DNA of 64,000 nucleotides from NCBI GenBank assembly GCA_965277715.1, contig OZ255836.1:512001-576000 (forward strand). The letters are read 5' to 3'. The notes beneath the pieces are model-generated. The model had not been told where the DNA came from. It saw only the letters and a program-made list of their open reading frames with translations, and did not search any database. How positions within the stretch are numbered: the first letter of the stretch is position 1; each line of letters opens with the position of its first letter. Both the position numbers and the translations under genes were made by a program. Origin of the DNA: Gammaproteobacteria bacterium (GTDB taxonomy: Bacteria; Pseudomonadota; Gammaproteobacteria; JBCCGL01). Shown piece after piece: positions 33,786-43,392 of this stretch.

Positions 33786-34765
33786 AGGTTGATGCAATAT
33801 CGCGTAGCTATGGCGGCCTAACGGTTGTCGACAAGCTGAGTTTTACCGTCAAAGAGGGCGAGTTCGTCGCTTTGCTGGGGCCTTCTGGCTGTGGCAAGTC
33901 GACTTCCCTGAAAATCATCGCGGGCCTGGAGACGCCAGACACCGGGTCGATTGAACTGGAGGGCAGGGACATCACCCACCTCTCCCCCGGCGAGCGCAAA
34001 CTGGCGATGGTGTTTCAATCCTACGCGCTCTTTCCGCACCTCAAGGTCGAGGAAAATATCCTGTTTGGTCTACAGGCGAGAAAAGTGCCCAGGGAAGAGC
34101 AAAAAAAACGCCTTGACGCCGTTGTCGAGCTGGTCGGGCTGGGCGACTACCTACAAAGAAAACCGGGACAACTTTCCGGTGGCCAGTGCCAGCGCGTCGC
34201 GTTGGCCAGGGCGATTGTTGCACAAGCCAAGCTGTGCCTGATGGACGAACCCCTGTCTAACCTCGATGCCAAACTGCGCAACGAAATGCGCACCGAAATC
34301 AGAGCGCTGCAACAGCGCCTGGGCATGTCGGTCATTTATGTCACCCACGATCAGGTCGAGGCGATGAGCATGGCCGACCGGATCGTGTTGATGAATAGCG
34401 GAAAAATCGAACAGATCGATGTGCCTGAAGCGCTCTACAACAAACCAAAAACAGTTTTCACAGCTCAGTTTATCGGCAGTCCACCGATGAACATCATCTC
34501 ATCAGGGAGTGACGACCCGGTATCAGGGAACGACTACCTGGGTATCCGGCCCGAACATATCGAGATTTCAGAACAGGGTATGCCGGCCAGGGTTATTAGC
34601 TGCGACTACCACGGCGCCGATACTATCGTGCTCGCCGCTGTTAGTGGACAGGGGGAACAACAAAAGCGGGTCAAAATACGTTATCCGGGGCACGCCCTGT
34701 TTGCATCCGGCCAGCCAATAGCGATTCGCTGGGCGCCCGAAAATGAACACAGATTTCCGCGTTGA
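33779..34765 (+). CDS. Carbohydrate ABC ATP-binding protein (UgpC/MalK-like)
   Basis: [22 protein letters not shown] and [12 protein letters not shown]. Confidence 0.9.
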   Translation: MLKVDAISRSYGGLTVVDKLSFTVKEGEFVALLGPSGCGKSTSLKIIAGLETPDTGSIELEGRDITHLSPGERKLAMVFQSYALFPHLKVEENILFGLQARKVPREEQKKRLDAVVELVGLGDYLQRKPGQLSGGQCQRVALARAIVAQAKLCLMDEPLSNLDAKLRNEMRTEIRALQQRLGMSVIYVTHDQVEAMSMADRIVLMNSGKIEQIDVPEALYNKPKTVFTAQFIGSPPMNIISSGSDDPVSGNDYLGIRPEHIEISEQGMPARVISCDYHGADTIVLAAVSGQGEQQKRVKIRYPGHALFASGQPIAIRWAPENEHRFPR

Positions 34766-34821
34766 TCGCTGCGTTCGATTCACAACCACACAACCTATAA
34801 ACACGATGAGGAAGAGTATCA

Positions 34822-36108
34822 ATGAAAACCTTCACTAAATGCCTGAAGACTGTTGGCATTGCGTCAATCCTGGGATTGAGCAGTGCGGCCAGTGCTGGCA
34901 CTGAATTGACGATGTACTACCCGGTTGCCGTCGGTGGTTCGCTGACGAAAATTGTCGATGGCATCGTCGATAAATTCGAGGCCGCAAACCCCGATATTGA
35001 CGTTACCGCCATCTACGCCGGCAATTACAACGACGCCCGCGTCAAAGCGCTCGCCGCGCTGCAAAGTGGTACGCCCGCCCAATTGTCGGTGATGTTCTCC
35101 ATCGATATCCACGAGTTGCGCAACCTTGAGGCCATCGTCGCGTTTGATGACATTGTCAGTACTGATGCAGAGCGCGAGTGGTTAAACAGCTTCTACCCGG
35201 CGTTGATGGAAAACGGCAAGGCCGACGGCAAAACCTGGGGTGTGCCTTTTCAACGCTCGACCATCGTCATGTACTACAACAAAGACATGTTTCGGGCGGC
35301 GGGCCTGGACCCTGAAACTCCCCCCACCACTTGGGAAGAATTTGCCAGCATGGGCCAACAACTGGTTAAAAAAGACAGCAATGGCAATGTCCAGCAGTGG
35401 GGCGCGATGATCCCATCCACGGGCTACCCCTATTGGATGTTTGGCGCCCTGGCCAAGCAAAATGGTGAAGTGCTGATGAATCAGGCCGGTAACCAAACCT
35501 ACTTTGACAACCCCGGCGTTATCGCCGCGTTGGAATACTGGCAGGACCTGGGCAACAAATACGGCATCATGCCCAAAGGTGTGATCGAATGGGGCACCCT
35601 GCGTCAAAACTTTCTCGATCAGAAAACCGCCATCATGTGGCACTCGACCGGTAACCTGACCACCGTTAAAAACAAAGCCGGTTTTGATTTTGGCGTCGCC
35701 AAATTACCGGGTAATAAAGAACTGGGCTCGCCTACCGGTGGCGGTAACTTCTATATCTTCAAAAAATCGTCTGACGAAGAAAAGCAGGCGGCGCTGAAAC
35801 TGGTGAAGTTCATGACCTCGCCCGAGCAGGCCGCACACTGGTCAAAAGCAACCGGGTATATGGGTGTCGGCCCAAGCGCCTACGAAACAGAAACGCTCAA
35901 AGCCTACGTAAAAGCGTTCCCACCTGCGGCAGTGGCGCGTGATCAGCTCACCTATGCCACCGCCGAACTGTCTACCCACGAGGCGGGCCGTGTGCGCAAA
36001 TACCTCGATGACGCAATCCAGGCCGCGTTAACCGGGCAGGCGACGGCAAAAGAGGCATTAACGGACGCTCAAAAGCAGGCCAAGGCGGTTTTGCGTCGCT
36101 ATAAATAG
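34822..36108 (+). CDS. ABC substrate-binding protein (UgpB-like)
   Basis: Signal peptide; YYPVAVGG, PFQRST..MYYNK, WHSTGNL and SPTGGGNFY. Confidence 0.88.
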   Translation: MKTFTKCLKTVGIASILGLSSAASAGTELTMYYPVAVGGSLTKIVDGIVDKFEAANPDIDVTAIYAGNYNDARVKALAALQSGTPAQLSVMFSIDIHELRNLEAIVAFDDIVSTDAEREWLNSFYPALMENGKADGKTWGVPFQRSTIVMYYNKDMFRAAGLDPETPPTTWEEFASMGQQLVKKDSNGNVQQWGAMIPSTGYPYWMFGALAKQNGEVLMNQAGNQTYFDNPGVIAALEYWQDLGNKYGIMPKGVIEWGTLRQNFLDQKTAIMWHSTGNLTTVKNKAGFDFGVAKLPGNKELGSPTGGGNFYIFKKSSDEEKQAALKLVKFMTSPEQAAHWSKATGYMGVGPSAYETETLKAYVKAFPPAAVARDQLTYATAELSTHEAGRVRKYLDDAIQAALTGQATAKEALTDAQKQAKAVLRRYK

Positions 36109-36117
36109 GCCATTGTC

Positions 36118-36144
36118 GGGGCCGGTTTAACAGTAACCGGCCCC
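36118..36144 (+). terminator. Stem-loop after the SBP gene
   Basis: GGGGCCGGTT-TAACAGT-AACCGGCCCC. Confidence 0.6.
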
Positions 36145-36186
36145 AACCACCACCTTGACGACGCCAATACCTACGTTACAAAAATA

Positions 36187-37059
36187 ATGCTTAACCGATT
36201 CAATTTGAAAGCCTGGCTGCTGTTGCTACCGGCGCTATCGCTGCTGATGGCATTCACGCACTGGCCCACGCTCACCTCCTTTTGGCGGAGCTTTACCTGG
36301 GCCAGGTCAGACGCCGCCCCAAGTAAATTCGTCGGTCTGGAGAACTACCAGATACTGCTGGACGACCCGGTATTCTGGATCGTCATCGAAAACAACTTCT
36401 GGTACGCACTCGGCACAGTCCCTACATCCATTGCCCTCGCCATCGCCATGGCGCTGTGGGTGAACAGTAAAATTCGCTGCACCGGCCTGCTGCGCCTGGC
36501 CTTTTTCACGCCGACCATATTGCCGATGATTACCGTGGCGAATATCTGGTTATTTTTCTACAGCCCCAACATCGGTTTGTTCAACCAGCTACTGGGGCTT
36601 ATCGGTATCCAAGGCCCCAACTGGCTCGGAGACCCCGATATCGCCTTGTCCAGCTTAATGGTCATGACGGTCTGGAAAGAGGCGGGGTTTTTTATGATTT
36701 TTTATCTCGCGGCCCTGCAAACACTAAGCCCCGAGCTATTTGATGCGGCAAAAGTAGAGGGTGCCAGCGCGTGGCGCATGTTCAGAAAAATAACCTTTCC
36801 ACTGCTGATGCCGACCACACTCTTCGTCTTGATCAATGCACTGCTGAACGCCTTTAAACTGGTCGATCACCTGTTTATCCTGACCAAGGGTGGCCCCAAT
36901 AATGCGAGTAATTTACTTTTATATTATATCTACGAAACCGCGTTCAGCTTTCTCGATAGCTATTACGCCGCCACCCTAACCGTCGTTATGCTGGTGACCC
37001 TGGCGTTGATTGCCCTGGTACAAATGCTTGTCATCGACCGCAGAATCCACTACCGGTAA
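36187..37059 (+). CDS. Carbohydrate ABC permease
   Basis: FVGLENY, WKEAGFFMIFYLAALQ, AAKVEGA and TKGGP. Confidence 0.9.
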   Translation: MLNRFNLKAWLLLLPALSLLMAFTHWPTLTSFWRSFTWARSDAAPSKFVGLENYQILLDDPVFWIVIENNFWYALGTVPTSIALAIAMALWVNSKIRCTGLLRLAFFTPTILPMITVANIWLFFYSPNIGLFNQLLGLIGIQGPNWLGDPDIALSSLMVMTVWKEAGFFMIFYLAALQTLSPELFDAAKVEGASAWRMFRKITFPLLMPTTLFVLINALLNAFKLVDHLFILTKGGPNNASNLLLYYIYETAFSFLDSYYAATLTVVMLVTLALIALVQMLVIDRRIHYR

Positions 37060-37065
37060 AAAGTC

Positions 37066-37875
37066 ATGTCTACCTGGTTTCAATATTGTTCAAAAATATC
37101 GGCCTACCTGCTGGGCATTGTCTGGGTATTGCCCCTGCTATACGCATTTTGGGCCGCGTTTCACCCCCCCGAGTTTGCCACCCATTTCTCGCTGACTGCG
37201 CCATTGACGCTGGACAATTTTGCATCGGCCTGGGAGCAGGCGCCGTTTTTCCGCTATATGCTAAACACCATCGTTATCACCACCCTGATTCTGGTGTCAC
37301 AGCTCATCCTCTGCACCTTGGCCGGTTATGCGCTGGCGCGTGAAAAGTTTGCCGGGCGCGGCTTTGCCTTTGCCCTGGTCCTGACACAATTAATGGTGAT
37401 GCCTGAAGTCCTGATCGTTGAAAACTACCAAACCCTGGCCAGGCTCGATCTGGTCGATAGCTACCTCGGTGTCGGCCTGCCGTACCTGGCCAGCGCCTTC
37501 GGTATTTTTCTGTTGCGACAGACATTTAAAACCGTGCCCCAGGAGCTTGAAGACGCCGCCCGGGTGGAAGGCCTGTCCGGCCTTGGCATTATCTGGAAAG
37601 TATTTGTACCGCTCGCCTTCCCAACCTACCTGGCCTTTAGCCTGGTCTCTGTCAGTTACCACTGGAATAATTTTTTATGGCCCCTGGTTGTCACCAATAC
37701 CGAGGCGAGCCGACCGTTAACCGTTGGCATGGCAATTTTTGGCGCCCCGGAATCGGGCGTCGATTGGTCGGTTATCTCGGCGGGCACCCTGATCGCCATC
37801 GGCCCACTATTGATTCTGTTTTTGATCTTCCAGCGCCGCTTTATTCAATCGTTTATGCAGGCGGGTATCAAATAA
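37066..37875 (+). CDS. Carbohydrate ABC permease
   Basis: FGIFLLRQTF, ELEDAARVEG and WNNFLWPL. Confidence 0.9.
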   Translation: MSTWFQYCSKISAYLLGIVWVLPLLYAFWAAFHPPEFATHFSLTAPLTLDNFASAWEQAPFFRYMLNTIVITTLILVSQLILCTLAGYALAREKFAGRGFAFALVLTQLMVMPEVLIVENYQTLARLDLVDSYLGVGLPYLASAFGIFLLRQTFKTVPQELEDAARVEGLSGLGIIWKVFVPLAFPTYLAFSLVSVSYHWNNFLWPLVVTNTEASRPLTVGMAIFGAPESGVDWSVISAGTLIAIGPLLILFLIFQRRFIQSFMQAGIK

Positions 37876-38727
37876 ATGCGGATCCTGTCCTGGAACGTTC
37901 AATACGGTAAATCGGCTAATAACACGCTCAACTTTATTCGGACGCTGGAGCACATCCAATCGCTGGGCAAATCTGTCGGCGAATTCGATGTTATCTGTTT
38001 GCAGGAGATAGCGCGCCACATGGCGGACTATTGCCTGCCGGGGCAGGAGGATCAGGTACAGCTCGCGCAACAATATTTCGAGCGCTACAGCCCGGTGTGG
38101 GGTTCTGGGTTTAGCTGGCCGGGCGCCAGCGGTAACCGGTTGGCGCGACAGGCGTTTGGCAATTTGACCCTGACCCGGTCTGACCCGCTGGACTATAAAG
38201 TACATCAGTTGCCGCAGCCCGCCGCGCCGGGAAAGTGGCAAATGCCACGGGTTGCGATTGAGACCTGTATCGCCTCGAAGATTGGCCCCTTGAGTATCGT
38301 CAACACCCACCTCGCTTTTCACGATAGCAATGAAACCCAGCGGCAGCTTGAACACTTCACCCACCTGGAGCAGGAGCGCCTGGCGCATCATCAACTGCCG
38401 AAAAATGCAGGCCCGGGGTGTTACCAAAAAGGCTGCCTGGCATCGGCGCGTATCGTCTGTGGCGACTTTAATTTTGAGCCGGAATCGGCACATTACCAGT
38501 ACCAAATAAACAGCGGCTGGCACGATGCATGGCGAGGTTATTGCCCCAGTGAACCACACCAGCCCACCTGTGGCATTTTCGATACGCAGCAGTGGCCCCA
38601 GGGCGTGCACTGCAGGGATTATTTCTGGCTCAGCAATGCACTTGCCGCCTATCCAGTCAGCGTCCGCGTCGACAGCGAGACCGATCTGTCAGACCACCAG
38701 CCCATTATTCTTGAGATAAACGTTTGA
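37876..38727 (+). CDS. Endonuclease/exonuclease/phosphatase (EEP) family protein
   Basis: SWNVQ, DVICLQE, NTHL, CGDFN and SDHQP. Confidence 0.9.
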   Translation: MRILSWNVQYGKSANNTLNFIRTLEHIQSLGKSVGEFDVICLQEIARHMADYCLPGQEDQVQLAQQYFERYSPVWGSGFSWPGASGNRLARQAFGNLTLTRSDPLDYKVHQLPQPAAPGKWQMPRVAIETCIASKIGPLSIVNTHLAFHDSNETQRQLEHFTHLEQERLAHHQLPKNAGPGCYQKGCLASARIVCGDFNFEPESAHYQYQINSGWHDAWRGYCPSEPHQPTCGIFDTQQWPQGVHCRDYFWLSNALAAYPVSVRVDSETDLSDHQPIILEINV

Positions 38728-39512
38728 ATCCCCAGCCCTTACCCAAAATATTTCCGCATCAACCCAGGGTTCTTTTCACCGATGTCGATGACACCCTGAC
38801 CTGGAAAGGGCGCCTGCCGCATGAGGCCTTTACGGCCCTGGTCAAACTGCAACAATCGGGTATTAAGGTAATTCCCGTTACCGGTGCGAGTGCGGGCTGG
38901 TGTGACTGCATGATCCGCACCTGGCCTATCGAATCGATTATCGGGGAAAATGGCGCTTATTTTGTTGATCGCAACAGTGAGGGCCGTTTGTCCTATCACT
39001 TTTCGGTGGGGGAATCTGAGCGCTCGGCCAATTGGCGGCGTCTCCTGCAACTCAAAAAAGAAGTGGTCAGTAAATTTTCGAGTGCACACCCAACAGCGGA
39101 TCAGCCGTTTCGGCTCACCGATATAGCGTTTGACATCAATCAGGATCGAAAAGTGGAAAGAGCGGAGGCTTTTGAAATTGCCAGATTTTGTGAAGCGTCC
39201 GGGATGAATGTGAAAATCAGTTCGATACATATCAACGTATGGTGTGGGGAATACAATAAAGCATCGACGGCGAATGAGTGGTTGGCGCACCATAAAATTG
39301 AGCACAGCGACGCGATGTTTATCGGTGACTCCCCGAATGATGATTCGATGTTTTCAAACTTTTCTCATACTGTTGGTGTCGCCAACATTCAGCCGTTTAT
39401 CGATGAGCTTAATGCGCCGCCAGGTTATATGACGCACCATCCCGGTGGTTATGGGTTTGCTGAAATGGCGGCTTCTTTAATAGAGGGGCGCCGTGTTGAC
39501 GGGGGTCGCTAA
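38724..39512 (+). CDS. HAD-IIB family hydrolase
   Basis: DVDDTL, VTG, ENGA and GDSPND motifs. Confidence 0.9.
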   Translation: MNPQPLPKIFPHQPRVLFTDVDDTLTWKGRLPHEAFTALVKLQQSGIKVIPVTGASAGWCDCMIRTWPIESIIGENGAYFVDRNSEGRLSYHFSVGESERSANWRRLLQLKKEVVSKFSSAHPTADQPFRLTDIAFDINQDRKVERAEAFEIARFCEASGMNVKISSIHINVWCGEYNKASTANEWLAHHKIEHSDAMFIGDSPNDDSMFSNFSHTVGVANIQPFIDELNAPPGYMTHHPGGYGFAEMAASLIEGRRVDGGR

Positions 39513-39561
39513 ACAGTAGTGGTTGTACTTCAATTGGTTTTGCATTTTTTTCAGAGCCGTC

Positions 39562-39586
39562 ACCCCGGCCCAGCCAGGCCGGGGGT
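39562..39586. terminator. GC-rich hairpin after the HAD gene
   Basis: CCCCGGCC-CAGCCA-GGCCGGGG. Confidence 0.5.
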
Positions 39587-39619
39587 TATCGATGTTTATT
39601 TTAATTGGAAACCTGCTGT

Positions 39620-39841
39620 TTATTTACTAAGAGGCACCCACTCTCCATTAACAGATTGATAATTCAACCAATAGCTGTCTCCACCGTGTTTTTTACGAAA
39701 TTTCCCTGTTTCATACGCGTTATAGGGAAGACTGAAACTTGAATCTGAGTAATCCTCCCGACAGCGAGCAGCAGCGTTATCAAATGTGACGACGGCTTTT
39801 GTTAACTCCAGTGTATTATCAGTGGTGCGCATAAAACCCAT
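39620..39841 (-). CDS. Small hypothetical protein or gene remnant
   Basis: 73-aa ORF with no recognised motif, downstream of relE. Confidence 0.3.
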   Translation of the reverse strand: MGFMRTTDNTLELTKAVVTFDNAAARCREDYSDSSFSLPYNAYETGKFRKKHGGDSYWLNYQSVNGEWVPLSK

Positions 39842-39874
39842 GCTAAAGTAGAATAAAAAAACTTCATATATCTA

Positions 39875-40135
39875 TCACCTATAAACTTCTCTTCTATGCT
39901 TCACTTTAACAACCAAAACATGAAGTTTTTCATCATCTCTTGAACACAGAAGCCTATAATCCCCAACCCTGAATTTATAAAGCCCTGACTTATCGCCAGT
40001 TAAAGGAATAAGGGCTAATTGGGGATTAATTACCAGTCTTTCAAAAACAGCCTTTTTAATTCTTGATTGTATTTTATCATCAAGCTTTTGAAACTGCTTT
40101 TCAGCTTTCTTTGAAAATTCAAACGTCCACGTCAT
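39875..40135 (-). CDS. RelE/ParE family toxin
   Basis: FSKKAEKQFQKLD, LTGD..GLYKFRVGDYR and HRREVYR. Confidence 0.9.
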   Translation of the reverse strand: MTWTFEFSKKAEKQFQKLDDKIQSRIKKAVFERLVINPQLALIPLTGDKSGLYKFRVGDYRLLCSRDDEKLHVLVVKVKHRREVYR

Positions 40136-40140
40136 ATTAG

Positions 40141-40386
40141 CTATTTTACGCTTTTAAAAACTTCTTCAAAAGGAATACCTTTTTCACCCGATGCAATAAA
40201 TGCATCATGGGCTTGTTTAGCTTCCTCATAATCTTCTAAATCTTCAAGCTTATCTCTCAATAATTGCTCTAGTCCTTTTTTGATGTAGTAGCTTTTAGAC
40301 CTTTCCTCAGCCCGTGAAACTTTGTCTAGCATCTCTCCTAACTCTACGGGAATATTGGCGGAAACGCTTATAGATGTAGTAGTCAT
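40141..40386 (-). CDS. RHH-type antitoxin (RelB-like)
   Basis: RSKSYYIKKGL and acidic LEDLEDYEEA, directly upstream of relE; paired TTGCAA palindromes at 40457 and 40467 upstream. Confidence 0.85.
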   Translation of the reverse strand: MTTTSISVSANIPVELGEMLDKVSRAEERSKSYYIKKGLEQLLRDKLEDLEDYEEAKQAHDAFIASGEKGIPFEEVFKSVK

Positions 40387-40500
40387 AATCACACCTCATT
40401 AGAAAATAAACCTATCGTAGGTATAGTATAGCGCTCTTTGCAGAAGTCAATATTTTTTGCAATACTTTGCAATATCAAAATATCTATATCATAAAACCTA

Positions 40501-40715
40501 CCACTGCTGTTCCGTTAACTTTCATAGTAACTTCATTTGATTAATATCAGGCATACCATCTTGTATTGGGTCACCACGGAGTAATGCCATCAGGTCTTGC
40601 TTTTCAAACAGATTGGTCTGCAATAGCCTTAATATTTGTTGCATACTTTTAGTCAAGCCCGATTGCAACTTGAGGAAAGCCAGTATTAAATAAACGCACA
40701 TTGCAACCCATAACA
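40501..40715 (-). pseudogene. IS4-family transposase 3' remnant with terminal repeat
   Basis: LWVAMCVYLILAFLK...QQILRLLQTNLFEK and terminus CCACTGCTGTTCCGTTAA at 40501. Confidence 0.7.
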
Positions 40716-40741
40716 GAAGTGTACAAATGGAAAAATACCCG

Positions 40742-40983
40742 AGCAATATTTTTGATTATTTTGGAGAAATTGAAAATTATAGACGTGTTTTTTGCATTGG
40801 GTTGAATCCCTTAATCCATTGTTAAATAAAGAGGTTGTTGCAATAGACGGTAAAACACTACGTCGTTCACATGAGAGTGAAACCAATAAAGCTGCCATCC
40901 ATATGGTAAGCGCCTGGGCAACGGCAAGTGGTTGAGTGTAAGGTCAAGTGAAAACGTCAGAGAAATCCAATGAAATTACAGCT
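40742..40983 (+). pseudogene. ISAs1-family transposase remnant (not in ORF track)
   Basis: WVESL...VVAIDGKTLRRSH...AIHMVSAWA..G*V*GQVKTSEKSNEITA, with two in-frame stops. Confidence 0.85.
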
Positions 40984-41050
40984 TACCGCATAGATTACCT
41001 GAATTGTATAAAAAACCATCAATAGATTTTCATGAAAGTGAAGGAAAGTG

Positions 41051-41097
41051 AAGGAAAGGGAAGGGAAGGGAAGGGAAGGGAAGGGAAGGGAAGGAAA
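41051..41097 (+). repeat. Polypurine tract with (AAGGG)7
   Basis: Seven AAGGG units at 41056..41090. Confidence 0.9.
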
Positions 41098-41240
41098 TAA
41101 ATTGCAAAGAAATAAGGCGCTGCTGGTTTACCAGGTCTGTTAACAAGCTGCCTATGTTGAGCGAGTGGGCCGGTTTGACAGGTATAGCGATGATAGAGTT
41201 CGAAGGAACATTATTCTTTCACGCCAGCTTGACAGGCTGG

Positions 41241-42125
41241 TTATTGATTGTACTTCTTTAAAATTTTATCGTACTGCCCGGTTCTTTTTAATGTATCAAG
41301 CGCCTCCTGAAACTGCCTTATGTACTCGTCTGGGGTGTTTTTATTAAATGCAAAATAAAAATCATAGGTTCCCAGTGTATAGATGACTGCGTAGTCGTTA
41401 ATTTCCTGTCCTTTTTTGGCGATCATGGAGAACCCAGCCGATTGTGCAATAGCGATAAGGTCTATCTTGTCATTGCTGAGTTTGTCGATATTGACCTCTG
41501 GAAAGGTACTGATATCAAGATAGTACTCGCTAATGCCCATTTCCTTTAAAAGTTGAATCGCCGCCGTTTTGGCGGTCACGCCCACCCTGTAATTTCTAAT
41601 ATCGTCTATATGCTTGATTTTAATGTTTTTTGATTTCTTGCCAATTAGTACATAAAAATCTGTATTTATCGGGCCTGCCCATTTAAACAGATCCTCTCTT
41701 GATCCTGTCCTGGCCATGGAAAATAACATGCTGTTATTCGTGATTCTGGTGATATCATAAGCAGCACTCCAGTCCATAAGCCGAATATGTTGAGTGTCAA
41801 AGTCTGTGCCCATTACATGAAATATGGCTTTTAACAGATCGACGCCGATACCTTTTAATTCTGAACCTTCCCGGTAATTATAAGGTGGTTCTGCCACTGT
41901 GAAAATTGGCATTTTATCCTCTTTCCTGGAATTATCTTCTGTTATTGTTTTTTCGATTAGTCTATTTCCAACAACAGATAAATCGACCCCGATAAATTTA
42001 AAAACGAGAAACACAAGCAATAGGCTGCCTAACAATGCAAGCATCCATTTAGGTACAAAGTTGATCAGGTCGTTAATATTGGTGATTGGGTTTTCCGGTT
42101 TATCTTCTTTCATTTTTTTTCTCAT
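41241..42125 (-). CDS. Family-3 solute-binding domain protein with N-terminal membrane segment (paralog 1)
   Basis: PPYNY..G...GIGVDL, ART..RE..FKW.GP, AFNK and FQ.AL..L...G.Y.KI. Confidence 0.82.
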   Translation of the reverse strand: MRKKMKEDKPENPITNINDLINFVPKWMLALLGSLLLVFLVFKFIGVDLSVVGNRLIEKTITEDNSRKEDKMPIFTVAEPPYNYREGSELKGIGVDLLKAIFHVMGTDFDTQHIRLMDWSAAYDITRITNNSMLFSMARTGSREDLFKWAGPINTDFYVLIGKKSKNIKIKHIDDIRNYRVGVTAKTAAIQLLKEMGISEYYLDISTFPEVNIDKLSNDKIDLIAIAQSAGFSMIAKKGQEINDYAVIYTLGTYDFYFAFNKNTPDEYIRQFQEALDTLKRTGQYDKILKKYNQ

Positions 42126-42447
42126 TTTTAATTATGAAATGTATAGTTAACTCGCTATTTTTAATATTGCGCAATAAATAACCTTATATTTTATAATTTT
42201 ATTTAGACAATGAGTAATTTTTTAATAACGCATTCAAGTCAATTTACCTATAAGATAAATAAATCCATTTACAAACCCGGCGTTTATTTCGTGTATGTAC
42301 TTGATGTTTACCGTGTTTTTATTTAGGCAGCGTAAGGTGTTACGAAACGTGCGCGAAATAATTTTCACTTTTATAATGCTACTTGAATAATTTCTGGACA
42401 AACATCTTTATTATAAAATCAGCATCGATGTCATTTCTGTGCAAGGT

Positions 42448-43320
42448 TTACTTATTGTATCTTTTCAATATTTTTTCGTATTTTCCGCTTGCTCTCAAGT
42501 TGTTTAGCGCCGTTTGAAATTCCTTTACACGCTCATCAGAAACCGCTTTATTAAAGGCAAAATACCTACCGACAATATCCAGCGTATAAACCGATTGATA
42601 GTCATCGATGTTGTGCCCCCGGCTAGCTATCATCGCAAAGCCAGCCGACTCTGAAATGGCAACAAGGTCTATTCTGTCATTGCTGAGCTTGTCGATATCA
42701 GTATGGGGCAATGTGCTACTTTCAATATGATATTCACTCACCCCTCTTTCCTTTAGAATTTCAATTTCCGCTGATTTAGCCAGCGCGCCAATTTTATAGT
42801 GTCTAATATCGTTGATATTATCGATTTTTATATTGCTTGATTTTTTCCCGATTAACACATAGGAATCCGAGGCGATTGGGCCTACCCATTTAAACAAATT
42901 TTCCCTTGATTCTGTTCTGGCGACGGTAAATAACAGGGTATTGTTGGTGAATTTGGTGATCTCATAGGCGGCAGCCCAGTCCAGAAACTGAATACGTTTA
43001 ACCTCAAATTCCACATTCATTTCATCGAACATGGCTTTTAACAGATCGACGGAGATGCCTTTAATGTCCAATCCATCCAGATAACTATAAGGTGGGTATA
43101 CTTCTGTAAAAATCGAAAGTTGATCACTTTCCACAGAGACGTCTTCTGTGATGGCGTTTTCAATAAACCGGTTCCCGACAACGGACAGGTCAATGCCGAC
43201 AAATTTAAAAACAAGAAATACAAGCAACAGACTTCCCAACAGAGAAAGCAGCCATTTAGGTACAAAATTGATCAGGTAACTAACATCAAAACTCTGTTTT
43301 TTCGATTTATCCTCTTTCAT
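42448..43320 (-). CDS. Family-3 solute-binding domain protein with N-terminal membrane segment (paralog 2)
   Basis: Same motifs; shares INFVPKW.L.LLGSLLLVFLVFKF.G.DLSVVGNR with the adjacent paralog. Confidence 0.82.
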   Translation of the reverse strand: MKEDKSKKQSFDVSYLINFVPKWLLSLLGSLLLVFLVFKFVGIDLSVVGNRFIENAITEDVSVESDQLSIFTEVYPPYSYLDGLDIKGISVDLLKAMFDEMNVEFEVKRIQFLDWAAAYEITKFTNNTLLFTVARTESRENLFKWVGPIASDSYVLIGKKSSNIKIDNINDIRHYKIGALAKSAEIEILKERGVSEYHIESSTLPHTDIDKLSNDRIDLVAISESAGFAMIASRGHNIDDYQSVYTLDIVGRYFAFNKAVSDERVKEFQTALNNLRASGKYEKILKRYNK

Positions 43321-43392
43321 TCTTTACCTCTTTTTATGGAGATATGGCACTCACTATAGTGGCGTGAAAAACTTATCTTTAACCAATTATGG

